From the IMG/VR virus record IMGVR_UViG_3300017971_000185, positions 124,001-188,000 of that record: a stretch of 64,000 bases of DNA. The stretch is one strand, 5' to 3'. The translations under genes were made by a program, and so were the position numbers. A model generated the notes under the pieces. It saw only the letters and a program-made list of their open reading frames with translations. It had not been told where the DNA came from and made no database searches. Positions 19,723 through 28,559 of the stretch are shown here, one piece after another. Position 1 is the stretch's first letter. Every line of letters starts with the position of its first letter.

Positions 19723-20948
19723 TGCGCACGCACTCTGGCAGCCCAGCCAAGAAACTCTGCCAGGCTGAGGGTGTTCTTGGCGCGATTGCACGACGCACAG
19801 GATGGTACGACGTTATCGGGAACGTATCCTCGTGTGTTGTCTATGCGGTCGACTCCCAAAGCTGGGTTGTCTCCACAGTAGGCACAAGGAGAACGAAACA
19901 GAGCCACGCAAAAAGCGCTGTCGAGAGCGAATTCGTAGCCACGGTTGCTTGCGCTCCACTTGCATTTTCTGAGTCGCTTTCGCTCCGCAGGCGTGGGTGC
20001 AGAGGTCGAGGGCGAGACAACGGGGCTCCAGTCATTCAATGGTACAATTCGAGATATCCACTGAAGGAATTCTTTGACCGACTTGGTTCCTTTTGCGAGA
20101 TTGCAGGTTTTGCAGCAGGGTACGATGTTGTTTTTGACGTAGCCCAGACGATTGTCCAATCGGTCGATTCCGTTGCAGCGGTAGAAACCGTAGAGCGACG
20201 TTCTGCTCACAATTCGAGGTTTCGCCCCGCAGTAGTGGCACGTTTGTTTGAACAGGGTCTCAGCTTCAATGAGCGAGATCTCGAATGGCAGGTTCCGTTT
20301 GCGTGCGTTTTTGAGGTAACCGTAGAATACATTGTTGCGGACGGAGACTCCGAAAGGTTTGCGGGCAGTTTCATCGCGGAGGCAGCCACAACTGCGCGTT
20401 GTTCCTTTGTACAAGGTCGAAGACCCCACCAAAGTCTCTCTGCCGCAGTCGCACCGACAACGATAGGCCCAACCAGGGCCGGATTTGGGCCGGATTTTCT
20501 CAAGAACAGTGAGTCGCCCAAATCGGGTGCCGGACGGGATCGTCGGCGATCGAACACAGCCACAGCTTTTGACCGATCCCGAGCGAAGGCTCCCTGGGAG
20601 CACGACGGTTTCATTCCCACAGTCGCATCGGCAACGAAACGCCGTCTGGTGTTTTCCCGAAGCCGAGGTTTGGGTGACGGGCTTCAGAACTATGAGGTTT
20701 GCAAATCTTTTGCCAACGAGATCTGCTTTGCGGCTACAGCCGCAGCTTCGGGTTCGGGGAAGGTTGCCTCGTGTAACCCAGTGCTCTTTGCCACAATCGC
20801 ACCTGCACAAACACTGGGCAGGAAACGAACCTTTCTTTCCTTGAAACTCAGCAATGACTACGAGGTTTCCGTGACGTTGCCCAACCAATGTTCCCGGTCG
20901 GTCCTTCGGCAGTTGGCGCCCTCGGGTCTTTGCAACGCTGGGTTTCAT
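19683..20948 (-). mobile_element. Free-standing HNH homing endonuclease (MobE-like; 3x CxCDCG..SCGC repeats plus two CxYC..DRxDN..PCC..CN domains)
   Basis: Repeated G.RFG.L.V..CRCDCG..L..G..SCGC units and two GIDR(L/I)DN.GY...N(I/V)VP(C/S)C..CN units. Antisense to its neighbours; lower GC than flanks. Confidence 0.85.
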
Positions 20949-21070
20949 TCCGTTGTTGCAGATTATACCAGGGGAGACACTGATGAGCATTTTCCGGGTA
21001 GGCGGCGAAGCACGTGTGAACGAAGGGCGGAACGAATCGCCGGGGTGACGGGCGAGGAGATCAAGTGATG
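19714..21070. repeat. 11-bp direct repeat ATCAAGTGATG flanking the HNH insertion (19714-19724 and 21060-21070)
   Basis: Exact match read from the sequence at both ends. Confidence 0.8.
20962..20970 (-). promoter_or_regulatory. Extended -10 (TGnTATAAT) promoter of the HNH gene
   Basis: Minus strand TGGTATAAT, 13 nt upstream of ATG 20948. Confidence 0.65.
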
Positions 21071-21277
21071 TATCTCGACAAGAAAACGAGCGACAAGGAT
21101 CAGATGAAGAACCCGGCTCCCTTTGGGCCGGGCTTCTCGGAGGATCAGATCAAGGAGGCGGCGACGATGGAAGTGTGGGCAACGGGTTTCTCTGATCCTG
21201 GTCCCGATTACTGCGAGTTTCGGCTGTTCGATGCCGATGGCAAGCGTATTGCGACCCGGCGAGTAGACGGGTACTAG
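21068..21277 (+). CDS. Hypothetical protein (69 aa)
   Basis: GAGGAG RBS, TGATG start. Confidence 0.65.
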   Translation: MYLDKKTSDKDQMKNPAPFGPGFSEDQIKEAATMEVWATGFSDPGPDYCEFRLFDADGKRIATRRVDGY

Positions 21278-21348
21278 AAGGTTTGATTTTTGGCGTATTA
21301 TCCTCACAGACAACAACCAACTTGGGCCACGATCCAAGGAGAAAGAAA

Positions 21349-22158
21349 ATGACAAACGCAACCTCCACGAAGGAAGCAGTCAAGGACAGCGGAAACTGGC
21401 GCGATGCAGTGGTCGATATCGTCGGCTACTACACGTCCAACAACTTGTGCTTTTCGTCAGGCGAGATCGCCGCGGAGTTGAGAACGCATCGGACGGATCT
21501 CAGGTTTTCGGTCCTCAATCTGGGCGAGTACGTGCGCGACCTGTTCTACAACGGTGCGATCAACTACACCGACGATGACGGCGACAGTCAGCAGGCTGTC
21601 CAGGCATCAAGGACAACCTCGGGAACCGGCCGCACTCCGGCTGGGAGGCTCGTATTCGTGTACGGCCCAGAGGCGGCCGAAGCGAACGCTCACGACTTCG
21701 AGGTTGACATTCCCAATCCTGGGGCTCCGGCAACCGCTGCCGCCAGCCCGATCAAGCCGAAGGGCGGCTACCCGACCGCTGTCGATGGCGACGATGATGA
21801 GGATGACGACGGCACGGCCATGACGGCCAGCGACAAGCTGGGGTCAGGCGAGTTTCAGGCGACGGTGCATGTGGACAAGCGCCTGTGCATCACACGGCCG
21901 ATCTTCGACAAATTCATTCAGGCGTCGGGCAAGACGCTTCGTGGCGGCGACTCGGTGTACATCGTGCTGAGCGACGATGAAGCTCGTATCACTATCGATG
22001 ACCCGAACGATGATGACGCTGTGACCTACGATCTCAGCAAGGAGAGGGGTCGGGTGCTGTTCCGCCGCAAGAGCAATGAGTTTGCTCCCGGCGATCACTA
22101 CAAGGTCACAGTGGCGGCAGCGGCTTTGGTCGTTGATCTCAGCGCTCCGCTCGACTAG
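21349..22158 (+). CDS. Putative transcription regulator: N-terminal HTH-like region plus C-terminal tandem AbrB/MraZ-like swapped hairpins
   Basis: AAGGAG RBS; FSSGEIAAEL helix; VHVDKRLCITRPIF...LRGGDSVYIV and ERGRVLF...FAPGDHYKVTV resemble AbrB repeats. Confidence 0.45.
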   Translation: MTNATSTKEAVKDSGNWRDAVVDIVGYYTSNNLCFSSGEIAAELRTHRTDLRFSVLNLGEYVRDLFYNGAINYTDDDGDSQQAVQASRTTSGTGRTPAGRLVFVYGPEAAEANAHDFEVDIPNPGAPATAAASPIKPKGGYPTAVDGDDDEDDDGTAMTASDKLGSGEFQATVHVDKRLCITRPIFDKFIQASGKTLRGGDSVYIVLSDDEARITIDDPNDDDAVTYDLSKERGRVLFRRKSNEFAPGDHYKVTVAAAALVVDLSAPLD

Positions 22159-22200
22159 GCTGTCACGAAGGACCAGCGGGCGGTGTCCCTGGCAATGGAA

Positions 22201-22318
22201 CACCTGACAAGCCGAACAACACCCGCAGCCGCGCCACGTGAAACGGGAGTCCTCGGCCCCTTGCCTTCCAGGGGGATTCCAGCGAGCCCGAGGAAGCGGG
22301 GGCGCGGGCTTTCAGGTG
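22201..22318 (+). ncRNA. Candidate structured non-coding RNA
   Basis: Nested stems: CACCTGA-C-AAGCC/GGCTT-TCAGGTG, CGCGCC/GGCGCG, TCCTCGG/CCGAGGA, CCCCT/AGGGG, plus crossing CCCGC/GCGGG, in a 193-nt intergenic gap. Confidence 0.45.
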
Positions 22319-22346
22319 TAAACTCCTCGGCTGATTTCGCGTAGAG
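22318..22346 (+). promoter_or_regulatory. ECF-sigma-like phage promoter
   Basis: GTAAAC-N15-GCGTAGAG, 5 nt before ATG 22352. Confidence 0.8.
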
Positions 22347-22351
22347 AGGTC

Positions 22352-22606
22352 ATGGGCAAACTATCTCCCATAGACCAAGCAACACAGCAGGAACGTCTGC
22401 GGTGTGCGGCTCAGATCTGCGAAGGCTGTCGTCAGCACGGCAAGCCGTTCTGGCGTGAAGGAGACGGCGGAGACAAGTACGCGCAACACCCACCCTACGA
22501 GGTATTCGTGTACGGGGATACGGGCTACCAAGTAACTTGTCTTGCTGAGAGGATCTGGGAGGTAGAGCTAGAGGAGGGAGAGAACGATGGCAGTCCTCAG
22601 TCGTGA
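22352..22606 (+). CDS. Hypothetical protein (CxxC..CxxH)
   Basis: 84 aa directly after the promoter motif. Confidence 0.6.
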   Translation: MGKLSPIDQATQQERLRCAAQICEGCRQHGKPFWREGDGGDKYAQHPPYEVFVYGDTGYQVTCLAERIWEVELEEGENDGSPQS

Positions 22607-22894
22607 CAAGGCGCGTAAGGCAAGGGCACGAAAGCACGCGAAGCGTGTGTGGTGTTGACTCTCATGGATGAAGACCAACTGGTGGTGATCGATGAGAAGC
22701 CGTTTGTTGTCACCAAGAACGAAGACGGCGATGACATCGCGATTCCGGTGGACGACAACTACGCTCTTGTTCGCATTCGTGAGGCAGAGAGCAACGCTGA
22801 AATTGCCAAGACAAAACGAACCAAACACCGAGCAGACGCTCTGGTGTGGGTTGTGTTCTTTGCTGGTCTTTTCTCGTGGTGCGTACTGACGTGA
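22587..22894 (+). pseudogene. Small C-terminally anchored membrane protein, frameshifted at about 22619
   Basis: Strong RBS plus ATG 22587 reads MAVLSRDKARK. Adding one G at 22619-22620 joins it to GKGTKAREACVVLTLMDEDQ... (track ORF 22649..22894). Confidence 0.45.
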
Positions 22895-22922
22895 AGAATC
22901 CAGCCGCGGGTAGAGTAGCAGT

Positions 22923-24497
22923 GTGCGGCACGCTGCTCCCGTTCGTGTAGAACAGAGACGCGACAATCTCGTCAAGGGGGCGCTTCATCTCGCTCGCGCA
23001 GTGAAGGTCGCCTATGGCCCTCGCGGCGGCACGGTTCTGATCGCACGTCGGTCGCCGCACGATATCCTGACGACCCGCGATGGCATGACGATTGCCTGTG
23101 AAGTCATCCCTCCGCATCGGGTTGAGCGTCTCGGAGCTTCCGCTCTCCGACAAGCTGCGATTCGCGTCAACGAGGAAGTGGGGGACGGGACGAGCACGGC
23201 GATTCTGATCGCCGCCAGGCTCATCGAGATCGGACACAAGCACATTACGGCTGGGCACGATGCTGCCCTTTTCGTCCAGTCTCTTCGCCGCATGGCTTCT
23301 TGCACGCGTTCTCTCGATGCCTTGAAGATCGAAGTCACGGACAAGAAGATGCTGGAGCATCTGGCGCTGCACACGACGCGAGGCGACAAAGAGATCGCCT
23401 GGGCATTGGCTGAGGCTTCCATGCTCGTTGGGAAGACGGGGATGGTCGTGGTGGAGGATGGAAAGGGCGTCGAGGTAGAGATCGTTCCCAAGCAAGGGAT
23501 GGAGCTAGACAAGGGCTGGGAGTCGTCTGACTTCTCCTCGGACGGACCATGGCAACAAGACGTGTGCCTCGTAGCCGTGGTCAATGGGACGGTGACGGAG
23601 TTTGGTGACATCGCTCCCATGATGGAGGCTGCTTCCCAGGTCGGTCCCGGCAACCTGCCTCTACTCGTCATCAGCCGCGGCATCTACGGTGAGGCGCTTC
23701 AAACGATGGTCACGAACCATCGCAAGGATGTGCTCCACTGCTGCGCAGTGCGATGCCCAGGGTACGGCCCGAAGCAACGGGCCTGGATGGACGACTTGGC
23801 TGCGCTGACCCAGGCGACGGTGGTCGAGCCGAAGATGAACATGAGGCTCAAGGACTTCGACTCCGGCTGGCTTGGCTCCGTTCAACAGGTGACGGCTACT
23901 GCCGACGACGCAACGCTCGTGTGTTTTGATGACGCCTACGAAAGCATCGAAAACCGAGTCAACGTTTTGCGCGGGGAACGTGAACGTTCGGAGTCGGCCC
24001 ACGATCGCGAAAAGCTCACCGAACGTATCGCCAAACTCACGGATGGCTTCTGTCTGCTCCGGGTCGGAGGGGTCACGGAAGCTGCGGCGAAGGAGCGTCG
24101 AGGCCGCATCGAGGACGCGCTTCACGCGGTGCGGGCAGCGCTCACAAGTGGGGTCGTGCCGGGTGCGGGAATGGCGTATTTGTGGCTAGCGGAGAAGGTG
24201 AAGGAAGGCAGCCCAGGTCTGGCCGCTCAGGCGCTCTACGAGGCTCTCAGAGAGCCTGTGAGGGCGTTGGCGCATAACACGGGGGGCGAACCCTCGGTGA
24301 TTCTCCAGGGGCTCCAGGCGGCCCAGAAGCCCTGGTACGGATGGGATGCACAGACGCGCAAATACCGCGATTTGGCAGCCGAACCTGCATTGGTCGATCC
24401 TCTCGGGCTCGTGCGGGTGGTGGTGGAAGCGGCCGTGTCCGTGGCGTCAACTCTCTTGACGGCAGACGTGGCAATCACGAAGGTTGGTGACCCATGA
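22923..24497 (+). CDS. groEL: Phage-encoded GroEL-like chaperonin
   Basis: VKVAYGPRGGTVLI, LTTRDG, VGDGTSTA, ERIAKLTDG..LRVGGVTE...ER..RIEDAL.A.RAAL..GVVPG.G, LVDP..V...A.SVA..LLT. No GGM tail. Confidence 0.95.
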   Translation: MRHAAPVRVEQRRDNLVKGALHLARAVKVAYGPRGGTVLIARRSPHDILTTRDGMTIACEVIPPHRVERLGASALRQAAIRVNEEVGDGTSTAILIAARLIEIGHKHITAGHDAALFVQSLRRMASCTRSLDALKIEVTDKKMLEHLALHTTRGDKEIAWALAEASMLVGKTGMVVVEDGKGVEVEIVPKQGMELDKGWESSDFSSDGPWQQDVCLVAVVNGTVTEFGDIAPMMEAASQVGPGNLPLLVISRGIYGEALQTMVTNHRKDVLHCCAVRCPGYGPKQRAWMDDLAALTQATVVEPKMNMRLKDFDSGWLGSVQQVTATADDATLVCFDDAYESIENRVNVLRGERERSESAHDREKLTERIAKLTDGFCLLRVGGVTEAAAKERRGRIEDALHAVRAALTSGVVPGAGMAYLWLAEKVKEGSPGLAAQALYEALREPVRALAHNTGGEPSVILQGLQAAQKPWYGWDAQTRKYRDLAAEPALVDPLGLVRVVVEAAVSVASTLLTADVAITKVGDP

Positions 24498-25315
24498 CCC
24501 TCGCGCGAACCAAGCTCGTACAGTATCGCACGGCGAGCATCACACCCGACTTGACCGAGATCCTGCGCAAGCTGGAAACGCGCGCTGCCGAACACGGCAA
24601 CTTGAAGATCCAGTTTTCCAGCACGAGCAAGAATTCGCATGGTTGGGATGTGCTGCGTGTGACTCCAGGCCCGACAGGATGCGCACCCGAATGGTCGATG
24701 GTTCCTGGCGGTCGAGAGGTCTATCTTCGCTGCGAATTTATCGAGGATGACGGTGAAGAAGAGACCCGTCGAAACCGTGAGCTAAACGTGCTCTGGGGGT
24801 TCGCTGTTCCTCTTGGGCTCACACCTTGGCTCCGGTATCCGCTTCCGGGCAAAGGCGATGACGTGTTTCACTATCTGGGGCCGTGGCAGATCCTTTACGA
24901 CCATCTGCTCAGCGTTGGTCGTGGTGAGGAAGCGTGGCCTTCGGTGGCTTGCGCGGCTCAGGTTGATGTTGGCGCATGGACTGGGAATCACCCATTGGAG
25001 CGCTTTGTCCAGTCCCAGCTACATCGGATGGGCGTCAATTGTGGTCCCGTAGACGGCATCGTGGGACCGGTGACTTCGACGGCGATTCAACGTGTTGGCT
25101 TGCACGCGCGGCCCTTGACGGAAGTGGCCCAAAAGCTCCTCGCCATGCAGCGCCCGCAACCTCCCGAGACGGGTGAGGAGTGCGTGGGGCATATCATCGT
25201 ACCTGGGAAGAATCTGTCTATAGTTTGCTCTGGTCAAGTGGCAGCGACACGGACAGCAACAGGCGCGGCTTTGGGGATTGAAGGCCCTGGCCGAGTCATC
25301 GTGGACATCCCATGA
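24494..25315 (+). CDS. Peptidoglycan-binding-domain protein; possibly a degenerate M15-like peptidase
   Basis: VQSQLHRMGVNCGPVDGIVGPVTSTAIQ is a PG_binding_1 signature; DDVFHYLGPW resembles the M15 C-terminal His motif. Confidence 0.55.
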   Translation: MTLARTKLVQYRTASITPDLTEILRKLETRAAEHGNLKIQFSSTSKNSHGWDVLRVTPGPTGCAPEWSMVPGGREVYLRCEFIEDDGEEETRRNRELNVLWGFAVPLGLTPWLRYPLPGKGDDVFHYLGPWQILYDHLLSVGRGEEAWPSVACAAQVDVGAWTGNHPLERFVQSQLHRMGVNCGPVDGIVGPVTSTAIQRVGLHARPLTEVAQKLLAMQRPQPPETGEECVGHIIVPGKNLSIVCSGQVAATRTATGAALGIEGPGRVIVDIP

Positions 25316-25908
25316 CCAGATCAGCGGCATGGTTTCAGAAGGAGCCGATGCAGGTCTCTCAAAAGGAGATTCGCACGGCTCTGGAGAAAGCCTCAAACAC
25401 AGTCTCTCGGAAGTTTCAGAAGCTACTCTTGAGCCAGGCACCGGCTATTGTCAAGCAGATTCAAAAGCTGGCAGCCCGGCACAAGATCGATCCGCTCTAC
25501 GTGGGGTTCACGTTCGTTCGGCCAACGCGCTATTGGCCCTCCATGACGCCGAAGCAGAAGGAGGCGCTGGAGATCGCACAGGCGATTTTGACGGAATCGA
25601 ATTCGATTCCTTCGTTCGGGCGAATGGAGATTCCGCCGATCGAGATGGAGGCAGCGACGGACGCTGCCATGAGGGGCGTCGCTGATTGGGTGCTCAAGAC
25701 GCTCATCCCCCATCTGCGCAAGGACTACTACAAGATCATAGATGGGGTGGCAAAGCCTCTCATACGCATGTTGCGCTCCGACCCCTCGATGACGCCGCTC
25801 GTTGATGCGGGCTCCCAGGTAGCAGGCCACTTCCGTGAGCGAGTCGAGAGTGGGCGTGAAATGTCGCCGCTGCGGTTTCTCATGCTACAAGTGCTGTCTG
25901 CGATTTGA
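25312..25908 (+). CDS. Hypothetical protein
   Basis: 198 aa, ATGA overlap with the previous gene. Confidence 0.6.
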   Translation: MTRSAAWFQKEPMQVSQKEIRTALEKASNTVSRKFQKLLLSQAPAIVKQIQKLAARHKIDPLYVGFTFVRPTRYWPSMTPKQKEALEIAQAILTESNSIPSFGRMEIPPIEMEAATDAAMRGVADWVLKTLIPHLRKDYYKIIDGVAKPLIRMLRSDPSMTPLVDAGSQVAGHFRERVESGREMSPLRFLMLQVLSAI

Positions 25909-25956
25909 CCCACCTATAGCTGACAGCGAGCCGCCTAGCGGCGTAGGGTGTTTCTA

Positions 25957-27609
25957 ATGGCGCTGGACCAGACGACCAAGGATGCCTACATGCGCCTGCG
26001 GCCTCTGCGTGAGCGGACGGATCTCAAGCTGCGCAAGCTGAAGATGCTCAAGGACACCTTTACGGGGTTCGATGAGCAAGAGCATCCGCTCGACATTCGC
26101 TACTACCAAGTCCAAGGCATCTTGCATCTGGTCACGATGCTCCGGTTTGTGCTTGGCGATGATTGCGGTTTGGGCAAGTCGATCATGGCAATCGCGGGTC
26201 TTTGCTTTCTGTGGGAGAAAGATCCTGATCGCAAGGTCATTGTCGTCACCAACAAGACTCCCGTGGGTCAGTGGTGCAACGAGTTTGCGAAATTCTGCAA
26301 GCCAGGATCCATCAAGGTCATCCGTAACGACGGCAAGCCGAAGGAAAGGTTGGAAGCATACCGGGAGTGGGAGAGGAGCGAAGGCCCAACCGTCATGGTC
26401 ATGGGCTACGCCACGTGTCGGGTTGACTTCTCGCACATTCAGGAGTGGAAGGATTACATCGTAGTCTTCGATGAGGCGCAGGCATTCAAGTCACCGAAGA
26501 CGCAGATCCATCAGGTGTGCAAACACTTGTCTGCGCAAGCGGTGCGGTGCTGGTGCCTGACGGCTACTCTCATACGAAACAACCTCTCCGAAGGCTACGG
26601 TATCTACACGGTGCTTCTCGCTGGCACCGGGATTCAACTGTTCCCTGGCTCACTCACGGCGTTTCTGCACGAATACTACGTGATGCGGCTCCAGAAGGTC
26701 GGCAAGAAGGGACGCCAGATTCCGCTTCCTGTCTACCTCAAACGCGGCTCCGTAGAGAAGTTTCGTCTGCTCATCGATCCGTTCTATCTGGGGCGTCCAA
26801 AGCACGAGGTTGCGAAAGAGCTACCTCCGTTGACTATCCGCATCGAGAAGGTCGGTCTTTCGGCGGCCCAGACCACGAAGTACAACGAAGCGCTTGCTGG
26901 ATTGCTGGAGATCGATGCGACTGGTGAGGTCAAGGAGACGACGGTTCTCACGGCTCTCATCTACTGCCAGGAGATCGTTGACCACCCCGATCTGATCGAC
27001 TGCGAAGGAGATAGCAAGAAGCTAGAGCGCTTGCTCGACATCCTGACGACCGGAGCGTTCGCGGACGAGAATGTGATTGTCTACTCGCGTTTCGAGAAGA
27101 TGGCGACGGTACTGGCGAAGGCTCTGACGAAAGCCAAGGTCCCCTACGTTCGGATTACGGGTAAGGAGATCAAGAAGCTCACGTACAAGGGCAAGAAGGT
27201 CAGCGAACGAGATCGCGCGATGGGGAAATTCAACGACCCCGAGGATGAGACGCGCGTCTGTCTGATCACCGACGCGGGCTCGGAGGCGATCAATCTCCAG
27301 TCGGCCAAGCTCATCATCTTCTACGACACGCCTTGGTCTGGCGGAAATTATATTCAGACAATTGGTCGGATGATCCGCATCGGTTCGTTGCACGACCGTG
27401 TGTACGCGATGCACTTGGTTGCGGAGGGTACTATTGACGAGAAAGTGCTGGGCGTCCTCAAGCGGAAGATGAAGCTGATCGAAGCCGTCATGGGGAAACG
27501 TATCAAGGGCGAGGACGACAGCGATATCGAGGTCGATAGCCGGAACGACATCACCGAGTTGTTCCGCATCATGGCGAAGGACGCGCGGAAGAAACTCAAG
27601 GCGTCGTGA
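25957..27609 (+). CDS. SNF2-family (SF2) helicase/ATPase
   Basis: LGDDCGLGKS, VVFDEAQ, CLTATLIRNN, ITDAGSEAINLQSA..IIFYDTPW....Q.IGRM.RIG. Confidence 0.9.
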   Translation: MALDQTTKDAYMRLRPLRERTDLKLRKLKMLKDTFTGFDEQEHPLDIRYYQVQGILHLVTMLRFVLGDDCGLGKSIMAIAGLCFLWEKDPDRKVIVVTNKTPVGQWCNEFAKFCKPGSIKVIRNDGKPKERLEAYREWERSEGPTVMVMGYATCRVDFSHIQEWKDYIVVFDEAQAFKSPKTQIHQVCKHLSAQAVRCWCLTATLIRNNLSEGYGIYTVLLAGTGIQLFPGSLTAFLHEYYVMRLQKVGKKGRQIPLPVYLKRGSVEKFRLLIDPFYLGRPKHEVAKELPPLTIRIEKVGLSAAQTTKYNEALAGLLEIDATGEVKETTVLTALIYCQEIVDHPDLIDCEGDSKKLERLLDILTTGAFADENVIVYSRFEKMATVLAKALTKAKVPYVRITGKEIKKLTYKGKKVSERDRAMGKFNDPEDETRVCLITDAGSEAINLQSAKLIIFYDTPWSGGNYIQTIGRMIRIGSLHDRVYAMHLVAEGTIDEKVLGVLKRKMKLIEAVMGKRIKGEDDSDIEVDSRNDITELFRIMAKDARKKLKAS

Positions 27610-28559
27610 AGGTTCGCAACACAGGTAGTCGGCCTGTGAAGGTCAAATTCGGCGGGGATCCTGTCACGGTTGTGGAGATCGGCCCCAACCAGATGACCGA
27701 GATCCCTGACGTGCATTGGGATGAGCTACGCACGAGAAAACCGTACTCGGGGCATCTGGAGACCGGAAGGCTCGTTGAAGAAGGTTCGGGGCCAGACATC
27801 ATTCCTGGCGATGGCGATACCGACTGTCCGTTTTGCCATGGACGTGGGTTTGTCTCTGCGGACGGACGACGGGGGAAGCGATGCGATTGCGTGTACAAGC
27901 GTGACGTGTTGGCAAATGTGCGTCGTGTCTGGCCTGGCTACGATCTGATGAAAGCGGCTGTGCTCAAGAAGCCGTCTGTGCTCAGGAAGTACGTCAAGGA
28001 AAGTGCCTGGATCACTGGCGACACGGACAGCTACCGTGCTCATTTGCGTCATGTTGTCACGCGACAGGGGCCGAATTGGTTTGGCCGTGTGCGCACCGAT
28101 TCAGAGATGATGTCTGGCTGGTTCGCGCAAGCCAAGGCCAAGGCTATCGAGATCTATGACATCGACGTGATCGAGACGGAGGCACGCGACCTGGACTTGC
28201 AGGACTTGGCTGAGCCGCCTGAGCTACTGATCATGGTCCTCGGCGCCAAGAGAGCGAGGAACGTGGCTACGCCCGAGGTTCTGGAGGAGACGATCTCCAT
28301 CCGAGAGATTCTGGACAAGCCCACGTGGATCATAGATCAGCCGACCTACAGCCTCGAAGATGAGGCGCACAGGTGCAACTCTCCCGAAGTGCTCGGGATG
28401 CTCGAAAGGTTCAAGCGGGTTCACCTGGAGCCCCTCAAGAGCATGAAGGGCATTCGGCGTCGTGACGGGAACGGCGACGCGGCAACAGGAGCCGCGCCAA
28501 GGGTGACGCGTCCGGCAAAGGGCAGCACGAGTCGGATCGTAGAGGAGAAAAAGGAGTGA
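27606..28559 (+). CDS. DnaC/IstB-like helicase loader with degenerate P-loop
   Basis: Zn-binding CPFCHGRG...CDC followed by an AAA-like layout (DLAEPPELLIMVLG, KPTWII) with no GxxGxGKT; directly upstream of DnaB. Confidence 0.5.
   Translation: MKVRNTGSRPVKVKFGGDPVTVVEIGPNQMTEIPDVHWDELRTRKPYSGHLETGRLVEEGSGPDIIPGDGDTDCPFCHGRGFVSADGRRGKRCDCVYKRDVLANVRRVWPGYDLMKAAVLKKPSVLRKYVKESAWITGDTDSYRAHLRHVVTRQGPNWFGRVRTDSEMMSGWFAQAKAKAIEIYDIDVIETEARDLDLQDLAEPPELLIMVLGAKRARNVATPEVLEETISIREILDKPTWIIDQPTYSLEDEAHRCNSPEVLGMLERFKRVHLEPLKSMKGIRRRDGNGDAATGAAPRVTRPAKGSTSRIVEEKKE

Noticed and set aside
19719-21068. 449-aa plus-strand ORF spanning the HNH gene, coupled to both neighbours
   Set aside because: It is the codon-in-register antisense shadow of the HNH ORF and has no recognisable motifs. 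Its neat ends are explained by the 11-bp direct repeat.
22201-22245. Hammerhead ribozyme (CTGACAA ... GAAAC)
   Set aside because: Core is not CUGANGA and no stem II closes onto GAAA.
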